A DNA stretch of 64,000 nucleotides. It comes from a virus. Its lineage: Duplodnaviria > Caudoviricetes. Every line of letters begins with the position of its first letter. Positions within the stretch are counted from its first letter, which is position 1. The notes under the pieces are model-generated. The model searched no databases, was not told the DNA's origin, and saw only the letters and a program-made list of their open reading frames with translations. Location: the IMG/VR virus record IMGVR_UViG_3300028833_000094, positions 32,001-96,000 of that record; one strand, written 5' to 3'. The translations under genes and the position numbers were made by a program. Shown piece after piece: positions 35,764 through 46,600 of the stretch.

Positions 35764-38700
35764 ATGAAAAAAGGTAAACTGTATACAGTAACTCCGTGGA
35801 ATAAACAAGCACTAGTAAAGGCAGGGCCTTTACCTGCTAAGAATTTGTTTGATGGAGTAAATATGCCTACCCAGCAAATGAATAACAGCCGCTCTGGTAT
35901 AGGAAACTTTAGTGGGCAGCAGAGTACTTTTGGTATGAATAATACTAATTTTGGAGCTGCTGGAAACCCTTATACTCCAGGAACAACTGCTTTCAACCAT
36001 TATAATATTCAAAGTGTTGAGAACAGTGTTAGTAATGGTTCTTATTTTAAAAATCCTTTTACTAGTTTAAAGAATAATCCAACTGCTAGTTATACTGGAA
36101 ATGTTAAAGGCATAGACTTTAAGACTGACTTTAATAATCCAATTCAGAGAGGTCAATTTATACAAAATTCTGCTGAGAATGGATTAGGGAATTGGAAGAA
36201 TGCTGGAGTTAATGATAATGGAAGTGGAAGTAAAGGCAAGTCTAAAGGTATGTCTGCTGGAGCCCAGCAAGCCATAGCTCTTGGAGCCAGTGCTCTTGGC
36301 AGTATTGATACAGGTGAAAAGAGAGGAATGTGGGATACTCTTGATCCTGTACATCATCTTGCAGGAGGTAGAGAGACTGGTTTTGGAAATGCTATGGAAG
36401 ATGCAGGTGTAGCACTTACTCAGGCAGGTCTTTCTTCTGGTAACTACTATCTGGCTATAGCAGGTGCAGCTGCTAAAGTAGTTGGAGGATTATCCAATGC
36501 AGCTTTTGGCTATAAGATTGAAAATGAGAAAGCTGTTAATGATAATATCAACCGTCTTGCTAACACAAACTACAATGCTGATGATTATGATACCCTCTTA
36601 AGTCAGGATGCTGCAATGGGTGGAAGGAACCGTGTAGACCTAGGAGAAATTAAAGACGGATGGTTTAATAGTAAAGGAACTGAAAAGGCTAAACAACTTG
36701 AAGCTACACAAGATTGGGCTTTGGCTTTTGGGGATAACTCTTTTGAAAATGCAGAAAAGAATATACAACAGAGACAATTGGAAAATGCTTTGAGGTGGTA
36801 TGGCACTACTGATTTTAACAGGAATCAGAGTGCTTATGGAGGACCTTTGGATATAATAGGAAATACTGAGAATGATATGAGTGCTGTGAATTATGGATTT
36901 ATGTCTGACTATCTTACGGAGAAGAAACGTCAGAATGATTTGAAGAATAAGATGATGGGTATGACTCAGATACCTAATTTTATAAATAATGGATATGCCA
37001 TTGGTGGAGATTTGCAGACTAATGGCTCTGACTTCCCTACAGGACTTACCTATGTCAATGCAGGAGGTTCTCATGAAGAGAATCCCTATGAAGGAGTACA
37101 GATGGGAGTAGATCCTCAGGGAGTACCTAACCTTGTAGAAGAAGGAGAGACAGTATTCAATGACTATGTATATTCCACAAGGATTCCTATTGATGATATT
37201 ACTAAGGAAAGATTCCATATTGGAAAGAAAAGAGAAATGACTTATGCAGACTTATCTAAGAAGCTGGAAAAAGAAGTATCAGAAAGACCTAATGACCCGA
37301 TTTCACAGGCTGCTTTTAAAGCACAGATGGCAGATTTGGCGGAAGAACAGGAGCGTCAAAAAGCTGAGATGGAAGCAGCACAGGCAAGAGAAGCTTTTGA
37401 AGCATTAAGTCCTGAAGAGCAGACAGCTTTGATGCAACAGGCAGCTCAGCAAGAACAAATGGCTCAAGAGCAAGCTATACAAGAACAGGCAATGGCTGAA
37501 CAAGCTGCTGCAGAGCAACAGCCTGCTCCTGAAGAAATAGCTATGGCAGAACAGCAGCAACAGATGGCGCAGGGAGTCCCCACAGCTGATGCTATGGGCA
37601 CTGTGGCAACAGCTCAGCCTGTAATGGCTTGTGGAGGTAGGATTAATAAGTTTGATAAAGGAGGTATGAAGCAAAAGATATATAATCTTCTCAAACTTAA
37701 AACTAAGAGTGATTGGGATGCTTGGGTTAAAAAGAATGGGCTTGATGGGCTTAATGATTTTGAAGATTGGGATAATGCACTTCAGAATACAGAGCTTATC
37801 AATGCTATTGCCAAGGATAATCCAGCACTTAGACATGCCCTTGAGAATAAATATGACTTTGGATTGTATAAGCCAGGAGCTTCTGGAAGTGTTACCTTTG
37901 ATGATGACAGAGGTAACTGGGATGCTCAGACTGTTCAAGGATGGTGGGGAAGTACAGACCCTGCTTGGCAGGAAGTTATCAAGAATAACCCAAAGCTGAC
38001 TAAAGACACTAAACTTTCTAAGGAGGAGCTTGCTAATCTTATCAGAAGTACTGATGCCTTTAAAAAGGGCACACAGTGGCTTCAGGATTCAGAAGATAAT
38101 AGACTTAACTATCTGAAGAGGATTATCAATAATCCAGGAGCTCCAGATAGAGCTGTGGCTTATGCAAGAAAATTTATTGATGAGAATGGTTGGAAGGAAG
38201 GAGCAGCAAGGGATTATGAAACTATCTTTAACAATCCTAGTGGTAGGGCAGCTAATCCTGGAACTTATTGGAAAACTCCTATAGAAGCTGTTAGAAATAG
38301 TTTGGCAAATAACTATGTCATTAATGAAGATGGTACTGTAGAAGCACTTGAAGGAGGCCTTGATGGTCTGAAATTAGACAGTACTTATCAATGGGCAGAC
38401 CCACAGACTGATTATACTAATAACTATTATAGGAGAGCAGCTGCTGCTAATGCTAATGGGCAGAATGGGACTGCTGGGAATAATGGGAATAATAATCCTG
38501 CAGCTGGAACTGGTGATGATAGAGAAGTGGTTCCTATCCATAGAAATGAGAACTGGAGGTATGCTGGATTGCTTGCTCCTGCTGTAGGATTGGGAATGCA
38601 GGCTCTTGGTATTGGAAAACCTGATACTTCTGGACTGGAAGCTGCGGCTAATAGTGGTGGTAACTATACTACTGCAAGTTGGATGCCTATTGGAGACTAT

Positions 38701-39318
38701 ATGAGATATACTCCTCTTGACAGATTGTTTGAAGGTAACAGAATACAGGCTAATGCAAGGGCTACTGACAGAGCTTTGATGAATACTTCTGGTGGTAATA
38801 GGGGAACAGCAATGGCTGGACTCTTGGCTAATGGGTATAATACTCAGATTGCCTTAGGTACTGCTGACAGGCAGGGAGATGAGAGTAACTGGAACAAGTA
38901 TGCTCAAACTAAGACCTTTAACAGAGGTACTAATCAGTTTAATGCTGAAGCCTTTAACAGGAATTCTGAGTTTAATGCCAATGCCTATAATAATGCAGCA
39001 AGGAATAATGCTCAGATGAAACTTCATGCAGCACAGGCTAAGATGGATGCTGATGCAGGATGGTACAATGGCATCTATGGTAATATCAGTGGATTGCTTA
39101 AGGGTGTAGGAGATATAGGCAGAGAGAATGCTCAGAGAAATATGATTTCTGATATGGCTGCTACTGGATTGTTTGGTCAGATGACTCCTAATACCTATAT
39201 AGCTAATGGAATGCTGAGGTATGAGACTGATGAGGAGAGGGCCAAGAGGCTTGCCAAACAGAAGAATTCTGGAGCTAAGGGAGGTAAGATTAAGAGGAAG
39301 AAAGGATTTACTTATTAA
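35764..39318 (+). CDS. cargo (ejection) protein 1-like
   Basis: G/A/N-rich, hydrophobic Gly-rich segments, GGSHEENPYEGVQMG..VEEGE motif; promoter TATTTTTG at 35736. Confidence 0.7.
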   Translation: MKKGKLYTVTPWNKQALVKAGPLPAKNLFDGVNMPTQQMNNSRSGIGNFSGQQSTFGMNNTNFGAAGNPYTPGTTAFNHYNIQSVENSVSNGSYFKNPFTSLKNNPTASYTGNVKGIDFKTDFNNPIQRGQFIQNSAENGLGNWKNAGVNDNGSGSKGKSKGMSAGAQQAIALGASALGSIDTGEKRGMWDTLDPVHHLAGGRETGFGNAMEDAGVALTQAGLSSGNYYLAIAGAAAKVVGGLSNAAFGYKIENEKAVNDNINRLANTNYNADDYDTLLSQDAAMGGRNRVDLGEIKDGWFNSKGTEKAKQLEATQDWALAFGDNSFENAEKNIQQRQLENALRWYGTTDFNRNQSAYGGPLDIIGNTENDMSAVNYGFMSDYLTEKKRQNDLKNKMMGMTQIPNFINNGYAIGGDLQTNGSDFPTGLTYVNAGGSHEENPYEGVQMGVDPQGVPNLVEEGETVFNDYVYSTRIPIDDITKERFHIGKKREMTYADLSKKLEKEVSERPNDPISQAAFKAQMADLAEEQERQKAEMEAAQAREAFEALSPEEQTALMQQAAQQEQMAQEQAIQEQAMAEQAAAEQQPAPEEIAMAEQQQQMAQGVPTADAMGTVATAQPVMACGGRINKFDKGGMKQKIYNLLKLKTKSDWDAWVKKNGLDGLNDFEDWDNALQNTELINAIAKDNPALRHALENKYDFGLYKPGASGSVTFDDDRGNWDAQTVQGWWGSTDPAWQEVIKNNPKLTKDTKLSKEELANLIRSTDAFKKGTQWLQDSEDNRLNYLKRIINNPGAPDRAVAYARKFIDENGWKEGAARDYETIFNNPSGRAANPGTYWKTPIEAVRNSLANNYVINEDGTVEALEGGLDGLKLDSTYQWADPQTDYTNNYYRRAAAANANGQNGTAGNNGNNNPAAGTGDDREVVPIHRNENWRYAGLLAPAVGLGMQALGIGKPDTSGLEAAANSGGNYTTASWMPIGDYMRYTPLDRLFEGNRIQANARATDRALMNTSGGNRGTAMAGLLANGYNTQIALGTADRQGDESNWNKYAQTKTFNRGTNQFNAEAFNRNSEFNANAYNNAARNNAQMKLHAAQAKMDADAGWYNGIYGNISGLLKGVGDIGRENAQRNMISDMAATGLFGQMTPNTYIANGMLRYETDEERAKRLAKQKNSGAKGGKIKRKKGFTY

Positions 39319-39341
39319 GGATTAAAGAATAAAGTTGAGAT

Positions 39342-41759
39342 ATGAGTTACTTATATAATGGTTTTCCACCTCAGCAGTTGTCTTTCAGCAGGAAGAATAA
39401 AGCCTGGAGAAAGAAGTGTGTGGATTTTGGTGACAACCATAGTATCATGCATCATCATGTAGCCAGGAAGTCATGGTATGGCATGAAGATTAACTATGAC
39501 TTGCTGAATGGTATTCTTCACATGGAAGACCTGAAGGCATTGGTAAATCCTTATGGACTAAATGCTTCCTTTATACCTGATAAAATCCAACACTACAGTA
39601 TCATCAATTCCAAGTTGAATGTACTCAGGGGAGAAGAAGCTAACAGGTTGTTTGACCCAAGGGTAGTGGTGACTAATCCAAGTGCCATTACCTTGATGGA
39701 AGAAGAAAAGAACCGTCAGGTAAATATAGCTCTTCAGCAATTGATTCAGGATACTTCCCAGAGTGAGGAGGATTTCCAAAGAGAGTTAGACAGGTTGAAT
39801 ACCTATTTCAAGTATCAGTACCAGGACAAGAGGGAAGTAGAGGGAAACTATTTCCTTAACCACTACAGGAAAGAACTGGAGATAGACCAGAAATTCAACC
39901 AGGGATTTGTAGATGGCTATGCTGTAGGAGAAGAAGCCTATCAGTGTGATATTATTGGAGGAGAGCCTACTTTTGAGAAGATAAATCTCTTGGAGATGAG
40001 GGTCCTGATGAGTGGCTATTCCAACAAGATAGAAGATGCTGACATGATTATCCTGGAAGGCTATAGGAATCCTGGTTCTGTAATAGATGCCTACTATGAT
40101 GTGCTTTCAGCCAAAGATATCAAAGCCATTGAGGAAGGTTCAGGAAGTGTATATAGCAATGCATCAGACTCTATGGATAACATAGATGCAAGAGTAGGTA
40201 ACCCACTCAGGAGTCTGGTAGGACTTGACTTCCTTGGAAACCATTGGGAAGCAGGAGAAAGGGTGATGACACCTGCAGACCTATTTGCAGATGATAATAT
40301 GAGTACACTGACTCCCTATGACATGAATGGTAATGTCAGGGTATTGAAGGTATACTGGAAGTCAAGAAGAAAGATTAAGAAAGTAAAGAGCTATGACCCT
40401 GTAACAGGAGAAGAAGAATTCAATTTCTATCCTGAGACCTATTACTGTGACCCTGATAAGGGAGAAGAAGAACAGATATTCTGGGTAAATGAAGCATGGG
40501 AAGGAACTAAGATTGGTGCTGATATCTATGTAAACATGAGACCCAGGCCTGTACAGTATAACTCTATGAGTAATCCTTCAAGATGTCACTTTGGTATTGT
40601 GGGCAGTATCTATTCAACCAATGGATATGAGCCTTTCTCTATGGTGGATATCATGAAGCCCTATGCCTATCTCTATGACATTATTAATGACAGGTTGAAT
40701 AAGACCTTGGCAAAGAATGTAGGTAAGGTTATCAGGTTAGACTTTGCTAAAGTTCCTAAGGGATGGGATGCAGATAAATGGCTGTACTATATCAATGTGA
40801 ATGGTGTAGCTGTAGAGAACTCATGGAATGAAGGAGATGTAGGAGCAGCTACAGGAAGGCTTGCAGCCAGTCTGAATAATGCTTCCAGTGGTGTGATTGA
40901 TGCTTCATTAGGTAATGAGATTCAGAGTTATATCTCCATGCTAGAATGGATTAGCAATAAAATAGGAGACTTGTCAGGTATCTCCAGGCAGAGAGAAGGA
41001 CAGATTTCCAACAGGGAGACTGTAGGAGGAGTAGAAAGGGCTACCCTTCAGAGTTCACACAGTACCCAATGGCTGTTTACCTATCATGATAGTGTGAAGA
41101 AGAGAGCTTTGGAATGCTTCCTTGAAACAGCCAAGATAGCCTATAAGGGAAGGAAAATCAAGTTTGACTACATCATGAATGATGGTTTCAAGAAGACCAT
41201 TGAGATTGATGGAGATGACTTTGCAGAATGTGACTATGGTCTGGTAGTAGATTTGGGCAATGATGTACAGGAGCTTAACCAGAACCTTGGACAGCTTGCT
41301 CAGGCAGGTCTGCAGAATGATAAGATGAACTTCTCTACCCTGATAAAGATATATACTACCAAGAGTGTATCTGAGCGCATGAGACTCATTGAGGCTTATG
41401 AGGAGCAGGCAATGATGCAGCAGCAGCAACAGCAGCAAATGCAACAGCAGCAGTTTGAACAGCAGTTGCAGCAGCAGGCACAGCTTGAACAGGCTAAGGC
41501 TGAAAGAGAGTATCAGATGCATCAGGAAGATAATGAGACTAAGCTGCTTGTTGCTGAGATTAATTCTCAGGCAGAGGCCCAGAGATTTGCCATGATGAAC
41601 CATGACAATGATGAGGCCAATGCTATTGAAAGGGAAAAGATTGCTGAAAATGCAAGGCAGTTTGATGAGAAGCTTTCCCTTGATAAGAAGAAGCAGGCAG
41701 ATGATGCAAGACTTAAGGAGAAACAGATTAATGTCACTAAGCAGAAGAAATCATCATAA
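39342..41759 (+). CDS. portal protein (crAss-type)
   Basis: 805 aa; FPPQQL..W; IQHYSIINSKLNVLRGEE; WVNEAWEGTKIG; SMVDIMKPY..YD; GISRQREG..ETVGGVER; Q-rich C-terminal barrel helix. Confidence 0.85.
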   Translation: MSYLYNGFPPQQLSFSRKNKAWRKKCVDFGDNHSIMHHHVARKSWYGMKINYDLLNGILHMEDLKALVNPYGLNASFIPDKIQHYSIINSKLNVLRGEEANRLFDPRVVVTNPSAITLMEEEKNRQVNIALQQLIQDTSQSEEDFQRELDRLNTYFKYQYQDKREVEGNYFLNHYRKELEIDQKFNQGFVDGYAVGEEAYQCDIIGGEPTFEKINLLEMRVLMSGYSNKIEDADMIILEGYRNPGSVIDAYYDVLSAKDIKAIEEGSGSVYSNASDSMDNIDARVGNPLRSLVGLDFLGNHWEAGERVMTPADLFADDNMSTLTPYDMNGNVRVLKVYWKSRRKIKKVKSYDPVTGEEEFNFYPETYYCDPDKGEEEQIFWVNEAWEGTKIGADIYVNMRPRPVQYNSMSNPSRCHFGIVGSIYSTNGYEPFSMVDIMKPYAYLYDIINDRLNKTLAKNVGKVIRLDFAKVPKGWDADKWLYYINVNGVAVENSWNEGDVGAATGRLAASLNNASSGVIDASLGNEIQSYISMLEWISNKIGDLSGISRQREGQISNRETVGGVERATLQSSHSTQWLFTYHDSVKKRALECFLETAKIAYKGRKIKFDYIMNDGFKKTIEIDGDDFAECDYGLVVDLGNDVQELNQNLGQLAQAGLQNDKMNFSTLIKIYTTKSVSERMRLIEAYEEQAMMQQQQQQQMQQQQFEQQLQQQAQLEQAKAEREYQMHQEDNETKLLVAEINSQAEAQRFAMMNHDNDEANAIEREKIAENARQFDEKLSLDKKKQADDARLKEKQINVTKQKKSS

Positions 41760-41797
41760 AAATGATGAAATAAATAACGGTACAAAAATATAGAGAT

Positions 41798-43624
41798 ATG
41801 CCATACAGGAGAAGTAATTATGACTTTGTCATTGATGCATCTTACCAGCCATTTAGCTTTCAAGAGATGCTGCAGCCTTTTGTAATGTATAAAGATGCTT
41901 ATGAGAAGGATGAAGCAGCCTATATTGACTTACAGAAGAATGCAGATAAATTTAAGTATCTTTCTAGGACTCTTCCTGAGGGAAGTAAGGCAAGGCAGAT
42001 ATATGAAGGCTATGCCAATCAGCTTAGCAATGATGCCAAAGACTTTATGTCTAATGGAAAGTCCATGTCTAATGCAAGAAGCCTGCTTGACTTGAAGAGG
42101 AGATATCAGGGGGAGATTGGAAGGCTTTATGATATAGATTCAATTAGGAGGAATCAGATTAAAGAGCAGAATGATCTTAGACTTAAAGATCCTACAAGGC
42201 TTTTCTCAAGGAGAGCTGATATGACATCATTTGATGACTATCTGGATAATCCTGATTTAGGGTATGAATCTTATAGTGGTGCAATGCTTGCTCAGCAAGT
42301 TGGAACTGCAGCCAGTGCTATTGCTAAGAGTCTAAGGGACTATGGTAATGGTAAACCCTTAGATGGTTTTACAAAGACTTGGTTACAGCAACATGGTTAT
42401 ACTGCTGCTGAAGTAGCTCAAGCCATACAAAATCCTGCTTCAGATAAGACTGGAGTACTTAATTCCATAGTAGAGCAAGCTGTTCAGAGTTCAAAGATTC
42501 CTGAATGGGCAGATGCTGCAACCTTGAAACAAGCTTATGCTTATGCTAGCCAAGGCTTATGGAATGCAGTTGGTCAGACACAAGTAAGTCAATATACTGA
42601 TGAAGCAGCTAAACTTGCAGCACAAGAAGCTTCTCAGATGAGAATGGCCGATTATAATCATAATCTAAGAATGGCAGAGCAAGAGCAAGCAGCTAAAATA
42701 GCTCAACAACAATTGCAACAGCAGGGAGGAGGGCTTGCTATTAATCCTGTAAATATTTATAGCCAGAAAGAAGTAGATGAAGCAAATGCAAATATGAGGA
42801 ATTTTGCCAAGTATTTTGATGTTGATGCTAATGGCCGTGTAAAGATGAATAAGAAAGGCTTTGATGAGTATAATAGGAATGCTGCTCCAAGGGTAAGCAC
42901 AGCTGCATCAGGTGGAGGTACGGCAAGACTTATGAATGCTGAAACACAATTGAATACTGAAAATAAGTATCAACCCACTGAGTTTAAAAAGTTTATTGAC
43001 AGTATTGGAGGCAGTAAATACTTTATAAACGGTAAAATGCAGCCAGGTAATTTAGGAAATCTTTGGGCACAATACAATAAAGATAATACATCTTCAAAGT
43101 ATGATGCTACTAAGAGCACTGAGTTTGACTATACTGTGTCAAGTTCTCAACAGAAAGACATGAAATCTGCTATTCAAATTGCTGCAAGAGGAACTAAACT
43201 CCAAGAGGTGGACTTTGATAGAAAGACTAATAGTTTCAAACCAGCTGGAAAGGCTATTAAGATGGATGAGCTGAATAGTGATGATGTTACAGTGGTTTCA
43301 ACTAGATTCTCTCCTTACGGCAGTACTGTTATGATTAAAGGTAAAAATGGAGAAGTGCATAGATACTTGATGCCAGAAGGTATTAATCCTACCAATGAAC
43401 ATAACAGAGATACAGCTATGCAGAAAGCATTACAATGGCAGAATGTGGTAACTTCAGGTAAGTATAAGGATACCAAGGGCAATGAAGTACAGGCTTCACC
43501 TGAAGAAATTGCTTATGCTCAAAGCATGTATAAGCAGTCACTGCAGGAAGCTTACCTATATCATTCTCAATTAGGTTTGACAAATAAGACAAAAGAACAG
43601 GAGTATAACCCATACGGATATTAA
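41798..43624 (+). CDS. cargo protein 2-like
   Basis: 608 aa helical; YQPFSFQEMLQP N-terminus; position. Confidence 0.55.
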   Translation: MPYRRSNYDFVIDASYQPFSFQEMLQPFVMYKDAYEKDEAAYIDLQKNADKFKYLSRTLPEGSKARQIYEGYANQLSNDAKDFMSNGKSMSNARSLLDLKRRYQGEIGRLYDIDSIRRNQIKEQNDLRLKDPTRLFSRRADMTSFDDYLDNPDLGYESYSGAMLAQQVGTAASAIAKSLRDYGNGKPLDGFTKTWLQQHGYTAAEVAQAIQNPASDKTGVLNSIVEQAVQSSKIPEWADAATLKQAYAYASQGLWNAVGQTQVSQYTDEAAKLAAQEASQMRMADYNHNLRMAEQEQAAKIAQQQLQQQGGGLAINPVNIYSQKEVDEANANMRNFAKYFDVDANGRVKMNKKGFDEYNRNAAPRVSTAASGGGTARLMNAETQLNTENKYQPTEFKKFIDSIGGSKYFINGKMQPGNLGNLWAQYNKDNTSSKYDATKSTEFDYTVSSSQQKDMKSAIQIAARGTKLQEVDFDRKTNSFKPAGKAIKMDELNSDDVTVVSTRFSPYGSTVMIKGKNGEVHRYLMPEGINPTNEHNRDTAMQKALQWQNVVTSGKYKDTKGNEVQASPEEIAYAQSMYKQSLQEAYLYHSQLGLTNKTKEQEYNPYGY

Positions 43625-43628
43625 TGCT

Positions 43629-46600
43629 ATGTCAAAAACAGCTAAACAAAAACCAGTTGATATAACTAAAACTGGTCCTATGACTTTTAGGCAGCTTCAG
43701 GATGCAAATGATAATACATTGTCAAGTTTGAGTCCAGAGTTCTTACAGTTTAGTCAGGGAATAGATCAAGCGTATGCTCCTGTATCTTTATACGATGCAG
43801 GAAGTCATGCTCAACAGGATATAATGTCCCCATTATCCCAACAGCAAACTTATAGTGGTAATCAAGATTATTGGGGCAGAAGTCATTATGACAATTCTTC
43901 AGCTACTGAGGCTCAATTCTCTCGGCTTGGAGATATTAGGGCTGAAAATCAACCTTGGTATTCTAAACTCCTAAATGGTATAGGAAAGGCTGGAGTATTA
44001 GCAGGTACTACTGCATTGGAGACAGCTGGATTACTCTATGGTGCTGGACATTCTTTACTTGAGACTGCTGGTGTAATTGAGGATGATAATAAATCATGGG
44101 TTCAGAATCTGTGGGACAATCCTATAACAAATGCTCTACAGAAAGTAACGGAAGCATCTGAAGAACTGATGCCTAACTACTATACCCAGGATGAGATTGA
44201 GAACCCATTTGGTAATATCTTTACAGCTAACTTCCTCGGAGATAAACTGCTGAAGAACCTTGGCTTTATGGTTGGTGCTTTCTATGGAGGTATTCCAGCT
44301 TCTACCCTTATTGGTAAAGTTGGTACTGCTGCAGTAAAAGGGGCAAGGGCTGCATCTCTAGCTGAAAGAGCAGGCATGGCTGCAAGAGTAGGAGAACTTA
44401 CTGCTAAGTATGGAGATGATGTTGCAGGTCTTGAAAGAGCTTTAGCTAGGGAAGGATTAACAGAAGCTGAGAGAGGTAAAAGGATTCTTGAAGGCTTTGA
44501 TAAAGTAAGAAATGCTGCCCAGACTACAAGGGCTACTACCCAGACTATTGGTTCTTTAGGAAGTGCTATTAATGAAGGTGCTATTGAAGCATTGAATAAT
44601 AGTAAGGACTGGGCTAAGATGGCTACTCGGCAAGAGAATGAAAGATATCAGACTGAATTGCAGGAAGAACTTGCTAAGATAGAAAATGCTCTTGGTGGTA
44701 CCGAGATGGAAGAATCTGTCAAGACAGCCAAAAGGATGGAGCTTGCTGAAAAGCATACTAAACAGCTTGAAGAAATTGAGAAGGGTAGGGCAAAGATGGG
44801 AAATGCAGACTTGCTGTTAAATATTCCTGTCTTGATGGCATCTAACATGTATCAGTTAGGAAAGCTCTATACCAGGGGATTTGATTCTACCAGAAGGCAA
44901 ATGGGTAGTTTGTTTAATGGGCACAGGATTTCTGGAGACTTAGCTAAAGGTACTCTCAAGAGTGATAAGACTTGGAAGGGTGCAGTTGGGACAGCTTTGT
45001 TAAAGAGCAATACTGAAGGTTTGGAAGAATATCTCCAAAGAGCTGCTAGTGATGGTGCTGGAAATGCTGTCAATGAAAGCATCCAAAGATTTTTTGATGC
45101 GGGACAAAATGGAGAAGCTAAAACTGATGTAGATGATTATATTGCAGGGTTTGGTAAAGCAATTGCTACCAACTTAGGAGACCCTAATGCTTGGGAAGAG
45201 TATATGATTGGTGCTCTTTCTTCTATGATAGGTATGCCTGTATTTGGTTCCCAGACAAAGAATGCCTATATGAAGTTAGGTCCTGTAGGTTTTGCTGGAG
45301 GTATTGTAGGAAACTACAACGATTACATGGATGCTAAAAAACATGAAAATGAAGTAGCACAATATCTTAATGGGAGGGTAAAAGATCCAAAATTTAAAGC
45401 TCTTTATGATAATCTGAAGAAACAGCAAGACTATGATAAGTGGTTGCAGGAAGAAATAGCAAAAGGAGATAAATCTAAATATAAAGATTTAGAACTTGAA
45501 TCCTTCTATAAGGATTTGAATGCTGCTGCTTCATCAGGACACTTGGAGGAATTTAAGCAGCTTGTAGGGTATAATACCGATTATACTGATGAGGAGCTTG
45601 AAGATATAGTTAAGCAGACTTCTACTGAGATTACTCCAGAACAACAGAAGAAACAAGATGAAGATAGAAAGGCATATCTTGAAGGTCAGATAGCTGAGTT
45701 TAATAAATTAGACAGAGCTTTGACTCCTGAAGAAAGTAAGGTATATGATGAGCTTGAAGAAGTCAATAAGAGGATAGAAGAGGATAATTATCAAAAGAAG
45801 TTAGAAGGCCCATTTATTGATAGGAATGGCCAGATGAATGTTACCAATCCTGGTAAGATGAGGGAGATTCTTGATAGGAATAGACAGAATCTTCTCCAGG
45901 GTATTGATGACTATTTGAAGATTAGGAATGATATTGATATTGAGACTGATGGCAGACTTGATGATGAGCAGATAGAACTTCTTACCCAGATGAAAGGTAA
46001 GGTTCTTAGCTATGAAAGAAGAAGTGCTGAGATGGCCGAGGATTTAATAGATAATCTCAAAGATGTAAAGGCCGCTCAAGAAATTGCAAAAGAGAGAATC
46101 AAGGCAGATTTGGAATCTGCTCAAAAGAAATATAATGAAGCAAAAGAACATTGGGAAAAAGTAAAAAATGGTAAGCATAGTCAAGAACATAAGAATGATG
46201 TAGAGAAGAAACTTCTTGCTGCCGAAAAGAAACTTAATAAAGCTAAGGTTGCTGATAGAAGTGTAGATAATGTATTGAAGTTGCTTCAGATGCTGACGGA
46301 AGAAAAAGACACTTCTGCCAGGGAGAGGATTGCTGAAGCTAGGGGGTATGGTGAAGGTTCTCTCTATAGTTTGTCTGAAGCCCTGGCTGTTGGACAAAAG
46401 AGAAAAATAAATTCTGATGAAGCCCAGGCAATATTGGCAAATCCTCAGAATGCAATGGCACTTGTTAGTATTCTGAATAGTAGAAACTCTGGTTTGGATG
46501 AGGAAGTTAAGGATAAAGCAATTCAAGAAGCCGTTGATTTATCTATTCTTGCCAATCAAAAGATGGCCTATAATAAAAAGGTAAGAGAATTCTTAGGTGA

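Noticed and set aside
41415-41480. CAG-rich poly-Gln tract in portal
   Set aside because: In-frame low complexity within the expected C-terminal barrel helix
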